Below the pieces are notes generated by a model. That model saw only the letters and a list, made by a program, of their open reading frames with translations, ran no database searches and had not been told where the DNA came from. A DNA stretch of 63,977 bases, counting the filler, from Vezdaea acicularis (taxonomy: Eukaryota): assembly GCA_026025075.1 (NCBI GenBank). It is 3 parts of 3 records of this genome, joined end to end, with 100 filler letters (N's around TTAATTAATTAA, not from the genome) between each part and the next. Parts side by side here need not be neighbours in the genome. Positions count along the whole stretch, not along the records: positions 1 to 26,255 come from JAPEUI010000178.1; 2 more parts are not named here. One strand, written 5' to 3'. Position numbers and translations under genes: made by a program. Positions 12,521 to 25,594 of the stretch are shown piece by piece (the stretch's first letter is position 1; each line of letters opens with the position of its first letter).

Positions 12521-14680
12521 CTAAGACATCAGTAGATTAACAGCCCAAGGTATGTTTAGATTCCGAAGGTCGCTATAATGCTGCCCAACGCCTAGAAATA
12601 ACACCGGAATACCGGTCGCGTGAACCATGCTGACTAAAGTTCCTACCATCGAGCCTACGGTATCGCATTTCGATATGATGAAGCCGTCAAGATTCCTCCC
12701 AGGGCCGAAGGCGTCATTGAAGTTGCGTGCCTGTTGCACGGAGTCAGATCCAACGAGTGCCTCACCAACCATCAAAATCTTATCGGGCCGTGCAAACTTT
12801 CCAAACTTTTCTAGACTTGACATTAGCCGCTCATCGTTGTGTCGTCGGCCAGCGGTGTCGATTAGCACAACGTCGAAGGCTTCTGGAGATGTGGCAGCAT
12901 AGGCAACCGCATCTTTCGCGACATTCGCTGCGTCTTTACCATAGCCCTTTTGATACAGCTCAACATAGCCTCCTTCTCTCTCCCCTAACTCCTTAAGATT
13001 CCTTGTGTGGACCTTAAGCTGTTCCACGGCCCCAGAACGAAATGTATCGCACGCCGCTATTAGAACTCTGTACTTGTTCTGAAGGAGGAAGAAGCAAATC
13101 TTTGATAAGTTGGTAGACTTTCCTACACCATTTACACCAACAATTGAGATGACGTAAGGCCGCCGCTTCTGTAAGGAAAGAGCCGAAGGTGAGGTGATAG
13201 ACTCGATCTCACGAAGAAGATCAATAGAAGAGGTTGGTGTTAGTATTTTACGCAGTGACGATTCCATAGCGGTACGGACTTTCGATTCAACGCCTTGGAA
13301 CAAGATTAGTCATGTTGGCTGATTGTATACTGGTGGCAGTCTTACTTTGGAAGCTACCAGTCTTAACTCCTATTAGCTCTCGCTCTACTCCATCGCAAAG
13401 ACGCATTGCAGCCTCTTGCGCCACATTTTTTTCTACTAGGTGATCTAGCATACCCTTCATTGGCTTAGCTAAATCATCTTTTGTCAAAATCTTGCCGCCA
13501 ACCACATTTCGAAAGAGGCCCCCAATTGCCCCGAGGCTCGAGTTGAAAATGCCGGTTGAATTTTGCGCTGCTCTTTCCTGCGTGGTTGTAGAAGATAGAA
13601 TTGAATTGACCCTATCCTCATCTATGCCCTTTAACACAAATTGGCCCTTACTGGTCATTGTACCCCATGCTTCTTGTTTCACTGCTTCCATGGCGCCTGG
13701 TCTTTGGCCTTCTAGGTCTGCAACCGTTGAAGCTTCAGCCGAAGCCGAATAATCCAAAGGCATATCCGGACCATCGTCAGCCAGGCCACTATCATCCCAC
13801 TTTCGCATTCTCTTTGCGGTACTCTTTGCGGTTCTCATTTTACGCGAGGTTGCTTCCTCTCCAGAAGAGGCGTGCGCAGAACTGTTGGCTGATTGAGCGG
13901 CGGCTTTTCGCGCTCGCCTTGATCCTTTCGGACCAGGTCCATTCTTCGTTGCTGTGACTAAATGGTTATTGACGATAGGCGTTGAGGGACGTGACGTATC
14001 AGGAGTAGGAACAGGGGTTGCGTCCGTGGAGGAGACTACTGAGAAATCCTGTTGCAGGGACTTGGGGAGTGATGTGATCTGCCCAGGAAGTGGGGGTGGC
14101 ACATCAGTAACTCCATCAGAGCTTGATGGAGGTGTTAGTTCGTCGAGATGGTTTGTCTCTGAGTAACTTGCGCTTCTACCACCTGGAGCATTCTCCAGCT
14201 CCTTGACTTGTTGATCAAAATAATCTTCGAAGTTTGTTTCCACAACACTGGTATGCGGTTTTCTTAACTGATCCTTGTATAAATCGACGAATATGGCCTT
14301 GACGTTGTCCAAAAGCTTGTCAATCCATGATAAGTGAAGCAATGACTGGTATACTGCCTTCATAGCATGGATTAGCTCCAAGTGAGCGAAAGGTTCAGTG
14401 TTCTGAGGTAGTATGAATTGAGTACATAGCGCAAGTAACTAACCACGAATATCAAACCAAGATCTTTCCAAGTCGTCCACTTCAGGGTGTACTGATCTTT
14501 TTTGTAAACGGGAGTCCTCGCTGCGGATACATCGTCTACCACCCCCCCGCCGGGTCCGCCTCGCTCTTCGATGAAGATATCGGTGATCAAACTGTTGACA
14601 ACATTTGGACTCACGGTCGCAAAGGACTTTGACCAGATTACGACACCAGAAGTAGTAATAATCTCGAAAGTGTCGAGCAT
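12521..14680 (-). CDS. SRP101: Signal recognition particle receptor alpha subunit (longin + SRP GTPase)
   Basis: N-terminus MLDTFEIITTSGVVIWSK; GTPase motifs GVNGVGKSTNLSK, DTFRSGAVEQL, DTAGR, SKCDTV, GVGQHYSDL; 2 introns. Confidence 0.95.
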
Positions 14681-14909
14681 TCTCGATAAAGCCTCGTATG
14701 GCTTTAAGTTTTTCGATGAGAGAGATTGGTTAGCTCCTATGAAACATTTTTAGGAGCTGCAGGCAGAAGCTTCACCGGACTCGCTACTGTAGCTCACCCA
14801 GGAGATTTTGTAGGCACCATCGTTGCAGAAGTTTATGAGCTACAACGTGTCCTATTGACCTTGAACTTCCTGTTATCTCTAATTACAGGCATTGATATAT
14901 TAATCATCC

Positions 14910-16041
14910 ATGCAGCGACCAACCTACCAGCCTGCAACATCACCGCCACTCCACCATCCTGTGCCACAACATGTATCAACGGTTCCAATGATGCGGTCAC
15001 CGCCCCCACCAGTATCTCAATCGCAACAATCACAGCAGCAGAGCAGCTATGGCAATCCATACCAGCCGCAGCCAGGAGCTCAGGGGACACATATTCCAAG
15101 TGCATATGGCGGTTTCCTGAATGATCCGACTGCACAGATGGGGCTGCAAGTTGGACAAACGGCTATGAAGGCTAGCCAGGAGTACATGGAACAAAATGTA
15201 GGCTTTGCGGCAGTATTACACTATTGATATGATTTAGAAATTTCCGAACTAACCATAAGTATGATAGTTCAACCGCTATGTAAACGTCTCGGCCTTGAAG
15301 CACTACTTCAATGTCTCTAACAGTTATGTTCTATCAAAACTCTTGCTGGTCATCTTCCCCTGGAGGCACAAGCCTTGGTCACGCAAGCAATCTATATCGC
15401 CAAATGGCCAAGATGGCTTTTTCCTTCCGCCGCGAGAGGATATCAATTCTCCAGATATGTACATCCCTGTCATGTCGTTCGTGACCTATATTTTCCTGTC
15501 TACCATTCTCGCTGGCCTCAGGGGGGCTTTCCATCCCGAACTTCTAGGGATGACGGCTACTACCGCTTTCGCCATCATCATCTTCGAGATATTATGTCTC
15601 AAACTTGGAACATATCTCCTGAACATCAGCAGTGATAGTCAACTTCTCGATCTTGTTGCATATAGCGGATATAAGTTTGTTGGCATCATTGTTGTTCTGG
15701 TCGTCGCCGAAATCTTGAACGGAGGCCAGGGTACGGGTGGCTGGGTGGGGTGGACTATTTTCATCTACTGCTTTGCTGCTAATGCATTCTTTTTGGTGTG
15801 TAACCCAATGTCGTACTAGCTGCGGGAAATGTAAGTATCAATATCGCTAACAGAATTATAGCTTCGATCATTGAAATATGTCCTACTACCAGAAAATGCA
15901 TCTGACCGGAACACTGTTGCACGTGCTCAACGCAACCGCCGAACCCAGTTCCTTTTTGTATACAGCTACGTCGTCCAATTTATGTTCATGTGGGTTCTAA
16001 CCAGGCAAGATGGACCAAAAAAATCTTCGGCCGCCGCATGA
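14910..16041 (+). CDS. YIF1: ER-Golgi transport membrane protein Yif1/Hrf1
   Basis: SPPLHHPVPQHVS, LKHYFNVSNSYVLSKLLLVIFPWRHKPW, PPREDINSPDMYIPVM, LDLVAYSGYKFV, final exon LRSLKYVLLP. Confidence 0.93.
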
Positions 16042-16397
16042 AAGTAGTCACGAGTTAGATCTTGCATTTTGTTCGCGCTATGAGCGTAAGTAGGACGAGA
16101 TATATTATACTTCTTCTAGATACCGAACATGATCCAAAATCAATCCTTACATTACATGTCATTGCATGTCTCTTTTGACCAAATTACCGTCCTGTTTTGA
16201 AGAGCTGCAGTGGTGATCGGAGACGCAACAATTGCACTAGCTATTTTTTGGTCGGGGTGAAGATCTCTGGTGCAAACTTTATAGCCCCAGCTTTCTCGTT
16301 GTCTGCTTCTATACTCTATGAAAATCCGCTAGGTCACTTTTCCTTTTTCGAGTCATTAGCGGAGGCTGTCTTCATTAGTCTTTCATTGATCTACCAC

Positions 16398-18199
16398 TCA
16401 GCAGACTGTTCTATGGACGCCTTCCTCCATTGGACGCTCCGATATCTTCGCTGGCTTTTGATTGCGTGAATTCTTTGCCTCAACGCTCTTAGAACCTTGC
16501 GCGAAACATTCTAAATCGACAGGTTCTAAACTCATCAACGTCTCGGTCACGGAGATGATATCTGTGATAAGTCGGTCGAGCAGGTCCAAGGACATACTTT
16601 CACGGACGACAACTCTTAGGATCTCCGTCTTTTCTTCCGTTGGTGGCAGAGGATAATCTATCTCAAATTAGTATCTTGGAGAGTTGCTATGTAATATTTC
16701 GCGCTGTCCTAAGGGAGGTCGCCCGCATTTCTCATGTGAGCGAGCATGAACTTACTTGGAATGATGTATTCTTTTGCTCGCATTAATGTGCTGACTGAAG
16801 ACTGTTTGATTATAGGGTACTCCTTCTTGAACCCATCGGAAAACCTGAACGCCACAACTGGAAGGCCGGCGTTATAATCCGCGCTTGTCTCATCTTCTGT
16901 TCCGAACACGGCATTTTTGACACCCTGGAAGGTGTACTCCCCTTTCTTTCTATGAATGTCACTCACGCACGTGTACCAGCCGGTGGCCTCCAGAGCCTTG
17001 CTAAGGAGTCGGGCATTCTTCATGCAGTTTTCCATAATCTCTCTGAAGCCCGAGAACCCGAGATGTATAAGGTTGAAATACTGGCAAATGATCTGGCCAC
17101 CCGGGCGCGAGAAATTTAGAGTATACGACTCTTCAGTCCCGCCGAGATAGTGCAACTCAAAGATAAGGTGCTTGGGAAGGTAGGATTCATCGCGCCAAAT
17201 GATCCATCCAACACCTGCGTATACTAAGCCAAACTTATGGCCCGAAGTATTGATGGATTTGACTCGAGGAAGCTCAAAATTCCACTTCGAGCCACCGGCT
17301 TGGGCGTGTGTGAAAGGAGCGATAAATGCACCACTTGCGCCGTCCACGTGAATTGGAATGTCATGACCAGTTTCTTCTTCAAATGAGTCCAAGATTTGGG
17401 AAATCTCCTCAACAGGCTCATAATGACCCGTATAAGTACTCCCCAAAATTACAAATACCCCGATAGTGTTCTCATCGATATTCTTCTTTACCAACTCAGG
17501 GTCCAAACGATAATGACTCTTCTCACTTACATCAAGAATTCGTGCCTCGACTTCAAAATATCTGGCGAACTTCTCAAGAGCAACCTGTGCATTTGCACCC
17601 ATAACTATATTGGGTTTCAGGGTGTCTTTCCCTGCAGCCATCCTTTTCTCTTGCCAACGACGTTTCATTGCGAGGCCGCCGAGATGAATTGCTTCGGAGG
17701 ACCCTGTAGTGGCCGACCCGATTGCTCGTTCGCCCTTTTGCACCCCCCAAAGATGGGCGAGTATTGAAACACATCGAGAATGAATGTTCATCATTGCAGG
17801 ATACTCGTCAGCGTCGGACATATTCTTCGAGATGTTCTCAATCATGAGCTGTTTTGCATCTTCTTCCATGTATGTCCCAACGAAGCTGGCTAGATTCAAA
17901 TTAGGGCGTCCATCTAGGTCCAGCTCATCTTTGAGAAGCTGGTGAACGGCATCTGCTGGGGCGCCGGTTCTAGGGATTTTGAATTTGGAGATCTCCTTTT
18001 GAGTGGCATATCTTGTCGAATAGGGCGTGTCATGTGAGATCGCGGTTGATGTATGTACTTGCCGCTTGCCAGGTTGGTGTGGATGGTTGTGCAGGGTCCT
18101 TACAATCTCATCCGGGTCAACCTATCCTTCGTCAGCGCAGATTTTGCTGGTAACCATGCCTGAAGATGTTTCATGACCTACATGACGTGAGAGAGACAT
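16398..18199 (-). CDS. GAD1: Glutamate decarboxylase (PLP-dependent), 2 introns
   Basis: MSLSRHV/DPDEIV..., LDGRPNLNLASFVGTYME, TTGSSEAIHLGG, IHVDGASG, PLP-lysine motif SINTSGHKFG, C-terminal LRVVVRESMSLDLLDRL. Confidence 0.95.
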
Positions 18200-18703
18200 T
18201 ACGCTGAAGTGCCCTGTTTATCGGATGCGGACGACAAAGCTTGAAGGCCACAAATGAGCGGAGGGTTGTACTTAAGGCAGAAGCGATGGCAAGGTTAGGA
18301 TAGAAGCAGTTATACGTAGTTCGTCATCGTGGAGTTTTGGACCTTTCCAGGTCATGCTGTCAAGGCCCCTGTTTTCGTCCTGTGAGAAGCCCGAGGAGTG
18401 TTACATTGACCAATGACCTTAGGGCTAAGACACGTATGCAGGGTATGTCCCAATGCGATTGGGCAGCAGAAACGCCGGCAAAGGACTAGCACGAGAGGTT
18501 GCTCCGATTCCCTCATCATGATCACGCAAACAGGCACTTGGGGGGGAGCATAGTGCTGGTATAAGCTTTAGTGGGGTGCCAAGCTTTGAGGATTAAAACT
18601 TGGCCAAGACAAACATCGCAGAGATGAAGGGAGCCCATTCTCATGCCGTACTAAACTTCACCATCCAGGTCCTTTTCGTAAGGACCAGCTTCGTCCACCG
18701 CGG

Positions 18704-18711
18704 TGACGTCA
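18704..18711. promoter_or_regulatory. Palindromic CRE/ATF site TGACGTCA in the divergent GAD-fasciclin intergenic region
   Basis: Exact TGACGTCA; the same 8-mer also occurs at 50913-50920 and 51821-51828. Function is inferred only. Confidence 0.3.
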
Positions 18712-19282
18712 TTTCTCTAAATGCGCGGTGCGACGATTTTTGGGGTGCGAGCATCTAGTAGTTTGTAAAATTTCCTGAACACGTGCTCTGGAGAGTGTAT
18801 TAGACGGTTAACTATGGCTAGAGAATGACAGGTAAGCGTCTCTGATGAAACGCGGAGCTTGTTTTGTCCGAAGACCGCTGCGGGGGCCCGAAGGGTTGAG
18901 GTGTAAGCGATCGATGTCATGGTGTAGAGTCGTGGACGCGCAAGCTCCCTGCCTGCAGCTCGAGAAAGACGGTCACGCCATTCTCAAGACCGCTTTTCAT
19001 ATCCCCTCTGCCACTGGGAATCAAATTTACTCATAGACTGCGACACTACAAACCAAATTGTGATTCTCGTGGAAGAATCCCCCGCTTGGTTTACCATACT
19101 AAAGGCAAGTAAGCGTCATACACGGGACCTTGATCGACGTCATGAAGTGCCGTCTTTCTATAGGAAACCAACAGACATCTGTGAAAGCATATGCTCAATA
19201 ACTGCAACCCTCTTTTTCAGGATTCAACAAATCGCTAATTCTTCACAGTCCATGCGCAGCAAATTGAAACAAATTAATAATC

Positions 19283-20775
19283 ATGAAGATAGCACGCGCA
19301 TTACCGTTTATAGGCTTGGCTAGTTCCTTCAGAATCCTTGATGAGAAGACCGCCAACGAGCTGGTGCTGGAATCTGATAGAGAGCAAGGGTCATGGTTCG
19401 ATAAAATCTTTTCCAAAGACAAATTCGTCACAGAAATCGACTCGCTGTACTCTCGCGTTGTCGACAAGTCCGAAAATATTTTTGATAATGTCTTGACATC
19501 AGCAGGCGCAGCGTTTGAAGATGCAAAGGCTCAATTCATATGCATGAAATCGATGACGAGGTTCGATACTCGAGCGTGGTTAGATACAGCAGTGGAAAAT
19601 GACCCTTATGACCTTGAAGGCGGGGAAGATGAACACCATCCACCTCATGGGCCTCACAAGGGCCATCGCGGCCACAAAGGACATCATGGTCACCATGGGC
19701 ACAAAACGAATTTGACGATTTATGAGCTCATCAGTAAGAGTAATTATACTAAGATTTTGGCGAAGCTGGTCAATGACGATGAGGTCCTTGTCAAGATCCT
19801 CAATGGTACGAAGGCCAATTACACCGTCTTTGCGCCAATAGACTCAGCATTTGAGAAGCTACCTAAAAATCACACCGAGATACCTAAAGAGCTCATTCGA
19901 AAGGTTATCCTATACCATGTATCGCCGGAGTTCTACCCTGCTGGTCGTGTTTTAGTCTCTCATACCGCCCCAAGTGCCCTCATTGAGAAGACTCTGGGTG
20001 ATGAGCCGCAGCGTCTCCGCTTCGGTATTGGGTTGAATGGCTTGTCCGTCAACTTCTTTAGCCGAATAATTGCTATCAACATTGTAAGCAGATACGCCCG
20101 TTTCGTTCGGAATTTCTTATTGATAACTCGGGCTAGTTTGCTGCCAATGGTGTTATCCATGGTGTTGACTCTGTAATTCTCCCGCCACCACCAGCACTAA
20201 AGATACTTGAGCTCTTCCCCACCGAGTTTAGCACTCTCCAGCTTGGTCTGCTGAAGACAGGTCTGTTCGAAGCCATTGAGACGAGTCATCATATTGGAGG
20301 CACTCTATTTGCTCCTAACAATTTTGCATTCTCGAAGCTCGGGCCTAAGATCAATGCCTTCTTGTTCAGTAAATACGGCGAGAAATACCTCAAGGCACTT
20401 CTTGAGTACCATGTTGTGGCGAATCAGACTCTCTACTCGGATGCTTTCTACAGCCCTAATTCTGCAACGGATGAGAGCATACCAAAGGGTGTGTTCCATG
20501 TGGACCTTCCAACGCTCCTGAAAGATAGGAGTCTGAGCATCGATATCGCCCGTTGGGGCCGTTTTATCAACATCAAAATCAACGGCTTTTCCAGCGTTTC
20601 AACACAAGATGGAATTGCTAAGGACGGAGTAATTCACACCGTGGGCAGCGTCCTTATCCCACCCAAGCAGTTAAATGGGGAGGTCATCGAATGGACAGGC
20701 GAGGAGCTAGAAATCGAAGACCTGAAGGAAAGACTTGGTGCCTTCATCGATACCACCGAGATAGAGGAACTATAA
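19283..20775 (+). CDS. Secreted fasciclin (two FAS1 domains) protein, 1 intron
   Basis: Signal-peptide-like N-terminus; FAS1 motifs YTVFAPIDSAF, ILYHVS, AANGVIHGVDSV, TLFAPNNFAF, LLEYHVV, AKDGVIHTVGSVLIPP; His-rich linker. Confidence 0.9.
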
Positions 20776-22697
20776 ATATCTGTGTGCGCTAGCGCTCGCC
20801 TAGCTTGATATATGTTAAAGCAGCCCGTGAATGGGCATGTTGGCGGGAGAGGATGGGAACCTTCTATTGACGAGCGAGCATTCCTTACGCCGGTCATTCC
20901 CGCTTTAGCAATAAGCACTATGTGAAACCTTGTAAATCAGGCCACAAGACATGTCATTGAAGAATTGTAGTGACATCCGAAAAACATTCCTGACAACGTT
21001 TTGCGTGGCTGAAACCCGATAACTATTTGCCTCGCAGGTGCCCCCAGCCAGGTCTTCTAGCTTTGTGAACGCTTTGAGTGGCGCTGATATCGAGAACCAC
21101 CAATGGGGATGTACCTTTAAGCTCCTGGCTAATGCATGCCGGCGGCTTCGCAATACGTTCACTTCCGCGGATATGCGTGACGGCTGCAACGAAGGACCGT
21201 GAAGGAGCACCGTTCACAAGTAAACCAGAATTGTTGCCGCAAATGGACTAGGAGCTGTAGAGTGGGCATAACGGGGGAAGTTTGGATTTAGGGTTGGAGC
21301 TCTGATGGCTTTGCAGAGGTAGAGCTCCAGATAGTTGTCGAAGTGGCTTATAATTCTAGGCTCTTGCGTTCGAGAAGGCCGTGCCACAACCGCGCCTCTG
21401 ACGTATCCCCCCGATTCCAGTGGCTAGGACATTGTCGTGGGATCTCATCCAGCCTGCACCTATGGTAGCAGGACGGCAAGTAAGCATAGAACGGTTCAGT
21501 CTCCGGAGGTGGCTGCTGCGTTATTCTGCATTGGGCAATTTCAACGCTCTGATCGGTGCATCATATCTCATGAGGCCTACGATCAGATATATCGGCTACT
21601 CCTTCCAACCATGCGATGGCCGAGATATAGGAATAGCCAGTGCGCATCGACGGTACCCGCCCGCAAGCGCCTCGCTACCGTCCGCCAGGGCACTGGCCCC
21701 GCGTCGAATCATTTGGACTTAAACTTTCGCACTTTGCTCCGATTGTGAAGATACCGTCAAGTTCAGCAAGAATCGGCCCAGGGGCTGAGATTGTGGCGGA
21801 GGCGATTCGAGTCGTCTCAGTGGCCGAGGTAACGAAGAGCGAATCAGGGGAGGCGTCCGCTGCTGCGCCTGCCGTCGCAGCTGAACGGCTGGATAGATGA
21901 ACGTACCGAGACCATGGTCGACGAGAGCCCGATATGTTTGCGAGCGCGTCTCTCGACCTGCACGCAGGGGTCGAAAGGGCGGGACGTCGTCTCCTTCATA
22001 TGCTGATTTGTTTCCAGAGCACGACGGCCGAACCTCGACCGGCCGGCGACTTGCTCCGGATCGTCTCTCGACCTTCGACTTTGGAGGCTGAAGCCCGAGG
22101 TTCATCTCGATGAGATCGGCATTCCGCCCGCGATGCAAGATCGCCGACAGCCTATGGGATGGCCACCGCGGAGGCGCCTCAGATGGACCCCCCAAGACGA
22201 ACAGGCAAGAACGCACTAAGGGTCCTAGCTCAGGGTCGGGCTCAGGGTCGCCAGGTCTGGGACCACTGTAACGCGGCCGTCTGACGCTTAGCCTTATTCC
22301 GATCTGCTCGACCGTTCCGCTTCTCAAACCATCGTGAAGTCCGAATGCGTCATCACTTCCTCGGCCGGCCTCTGGCCTTCGCTGCCTTCCACCGCTCGTC
22401 CCTCATGCCGGCGTAAGACAGCAGATGCCAACAGCCTCACGCCGGGGCGTTCTTGCTGCTTTCAAGCCTCCCGCTCGGCGCGATGGCATGTGGTCGACTA
22501 AGGCGCGCCTTCCATATGGCCTGCGTCGGTATCGACCGTCATGGCCCCTTGCCAATCCTTACGCTCTTCGCTCCTGTATTTTGATATCGCACGGTCTCTC
22601 TTTTTCTTTTGCGCGGGTGCCTCACGTCCGACTAGACCGTTCACTGCTGCGTTCGAGCAAGCAGGTGCAAAGGCGTTCAAGCTCCAGCTTGTCGAGC

Positions 22698-24566
22698 ATG
22701 TCGGATTCAAAGATTCTCCTCTATCTGATGCGACGCGATCTCCGCGTCGCAGATAACCCTGTTCTACATGAAGTAGCTCGTCTTACGAGTGAGCCGAAGC
22801 CACCTTTCACGCATCTGATACCTCTCTACGTCTTTCCATGCCAGCAGGTGGAGGTTTCTGGCTTTCTTACAACCCCGTCCGACAGATCGCCATATCCAGA
22901 AGCTCGCTCTCGAGTGGGTGGGTTTTGGAGGTGTGGTCCTCACCGAGCGAAGTTTCTGGGGGAAAGCGTATGGGATCTAAAGACCGCATTGGAAAGCTTA
23001 GGCAGTGGCTTGGAGATACGAGCCGGGAAGCTGGGTGAGGTTGTGCGGAGCATTGTCGATGGCTGTAAGGATGGTAAAGTCACCGCAGTGTGGATGACCG
23101 AAGAGGAAGGCGTGGAAGAAAAGAGAGAGGAACGTGACGTCTTAAAAGCATTAGAGGGATCAGGAGCTTTTTTGAAGTTATGGACGGATGAGAAATACTT
23201 TATAGACGAGTAAGAGGTTCAACGCGCTAGCTATTCTCCTGTCCACAACTGACTACGGAATAGCCGGGATCTTCCTTTTGATAAACCGCAGGACCTCCCG
23301 GATGTATTTACAACATACCGTAAAACAGTTGAGCCGCTCAGAGATGGCCCACGCTCGGTGTTGCCTGTACCAAAGACTTTACTACCATTGCCCTCCTCCG
23401 TACAGCCGCAGCCCGCTCCATTTACCATTCCGACCAGCGAGAATGACCTGCTGTCTGCTCTCGCAAAGCCTTTGAAACGAGATCAAGGTGTCGAGCATGC
23501 GCCGGCTTGGCCCGAGGGTACTAAGTCAGCACACCCTTTCCGAGGGGGTGAGACTGCCGGCCGCAAGAGGATCGAGCACCTCATCACTTCTGGTTCTATG
23601 ACAGCTTATAAGGACACGAGAAATGGGTTACTTGGGTTAGATTTCAGCACCAAGCTCTCGGCTTGGCTGGCGTTAGGATGCGTCACCGCAAGAGAAGTTC
23701 ATCAGTACTTGCTTGAATTTGAAGATGGCTCGACGGACCTTGGAAGAGGTGTCGATGGCTATGGTAAGGGTGAGAACAAGGGAACGGCAGCCGTGAGATT
23801 CGAGCTCCTTTGGCGAGACTACATGCGACTTTGTACACGCAAATTTGGGTACCGGTTGTTTAGAATAGAAGGGTTTCGGAATGAGACTACGGTTCGCTGG
23901 AAGTGGCCGTCGAAAGATGCCGAAGCACGCAAGATTCTAACTCGATTTATTGAAGGAACGACTGGCATCGGCCTCATCGATGCGTCCATGCGAGAGCTTT
24001 TTCTGACTGGTTATACCAGTAACCGAGCTCGCCAGAATGTGGCCAGTTTTTTGGCCAAGCATATGAGCGTTGATTGGAGGACAGGCGCGGAGTGGTACGA
24101 AAGTATGCTCGTAGATTATGATTTAAGCTCAAACTGGGGCAATTGGCAATACACTTCTGGTGTCGGTAACGACCCTCGCGGCGAGGCACGGATTTTCAAC
24201 CCAGTCAAACAAGCATTCGATTACGACCCGAAAGGTGATTACGTCAAGGCCTGGATTCCAGAACTGAGAGGTCTGGAAGATCCTATGCAGATCTTCCAAG
24301 CATGGAAGGTACCAGAAGCTGATCGGATCGAGCTGGGGCTTGTGGGTCGTGAATGGGTTGAGAAACCGCTGAAGAAGATTGACTTCCACATTAATAGAGG
24401 AGGCAGAGGAAGAGCTTCCAACCGTGGAGGTGGGGGTGGTCCAGACCAAGGACGAGGAGGTGGTGGCTATCGTGGTGGTGGAAGAGCAAACCCAAGAGGA
24501 CCCAGAAGAGGCAGGGGCCAGGGTCGCCGAGGTATGGTCGATAGAGCATACGTGGAGGGACAGTAA
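22698..24566 (+). CDS. cry: Cryptochrome DASH (photolyase/cryptochrome family), 1 intron (~23210-23263), RGG-rich C-terminus
   Basis: ILLYLMRRDLRVADNP, CGPHRAKFLGESVWDLK, YKDTRNGLLGLDFSTKLSAWLALG, FELLWRDY, TGYTSNRARQNVASFL, NWGNWQY.SGVGNDPR...FNPVKQAFDYD; in-frame upstream ATGs at 22425 and 22488. Confidence 0.94.
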
Positions 24567-24859
24567 TCCAATGGCACCACAATTGGAGCGGGCTTCCAAT
24601 GGTTGACATTGAGAGTGCTTGTAATATCACATGGGATGGCGCCACTATAGAGAATCTTCTCTCGGACATTAGTAGAATACGTTTAGAATAGATAGAATGT
24701 AATCTGGAGCTATCGCATCCTACCTGTCACCCAAACCCTCTGGTTTGGTGTCTCCTCAATGGAGCGCGATGTGAGGGAAATCTAATTGACAGATTGAGGA
24801 AGTCTATGATGGACAAATCTATAGTCAACGTAACGGTGACTCGTAAGCTCTAGTAATCT

Positions 24860-25594
24860 CTATAAGCTTGCCAACACGGCTTCCGCTCCAGAAACCTACA
24901 CAAAAGCATTAGCCCTCCCTTTCGCAGAAATCCAGTTTTCAGAACATAAATGGTTAGGAAAACGGGTTGCCTCACCGTCACGTCTCCACCAGTTTCCACT
25001 TCTGCATATGTCACGAGTCCTTTGTCGATTACAATTGCGTATCTACCCGTTCGCTCTCCCTTCAGCCAACCTATTGATCGCGAGAAACTCGTTCCTGGGT
25101 CACTCAAGAAGAGAATATCATCTCCTTCTATTTTGTTTGCCTTACCCCATGCGCTCATGACGAAGGCGTCATTGTAGGCAATGCAGGCAACAATATCGAC
25201 TCCCTTTGCTTTAATTGCTTTGAGATGCTGGATGAAGCCTGGAAGATCTGTCGGCAAAGGGTAAGCACATTTGTTTTCTCTTTACGAGATAGTATGAAGG
25301 GATAGATAGTTACGTTTAACGCTACATCCGGGAGTAAACGCCCCTGGAACGGCGAAAAGAACGACCTTTTTGCCTGCGAACTCCTTCGAAGCATCGTAAT
25401 TGATTGGAACACCGCAAGAAGTTATCTCAGCAGACTCAGGCGCCCATGGAATATACCTTTACGCACCCATAGCGTTAGCTAAACGGACTCATTTTAATCC
25501 AATGCAGATCAACGTTAATTGATAGCTGAGGAAGGGAGGCATACGAGAAAACGACTCCATCAGGAAATTTATCCCCAGCTTTAAGGCCAGTCAT
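24860..25594 (-). CDS. Prx5-type peroxiredoxin (Ahp1/Pmp20/Asp f3-like), 3 introns
   Basis: [17 protein letters not shown] / YIPW...[34 protein letters not shown] / LPGFI...[15 protein letters not shown]...[10 protein letters not shown] / [11 protein letters not shown]. Confidence 0.93.

Noticed and set aside
21719..22327. 202-aa minus-strand ORF upstream of cry
   Set aside because: R/P-rich translation typical of GC-rich non-coding DNA; non-ATG start and no recognisable domain.
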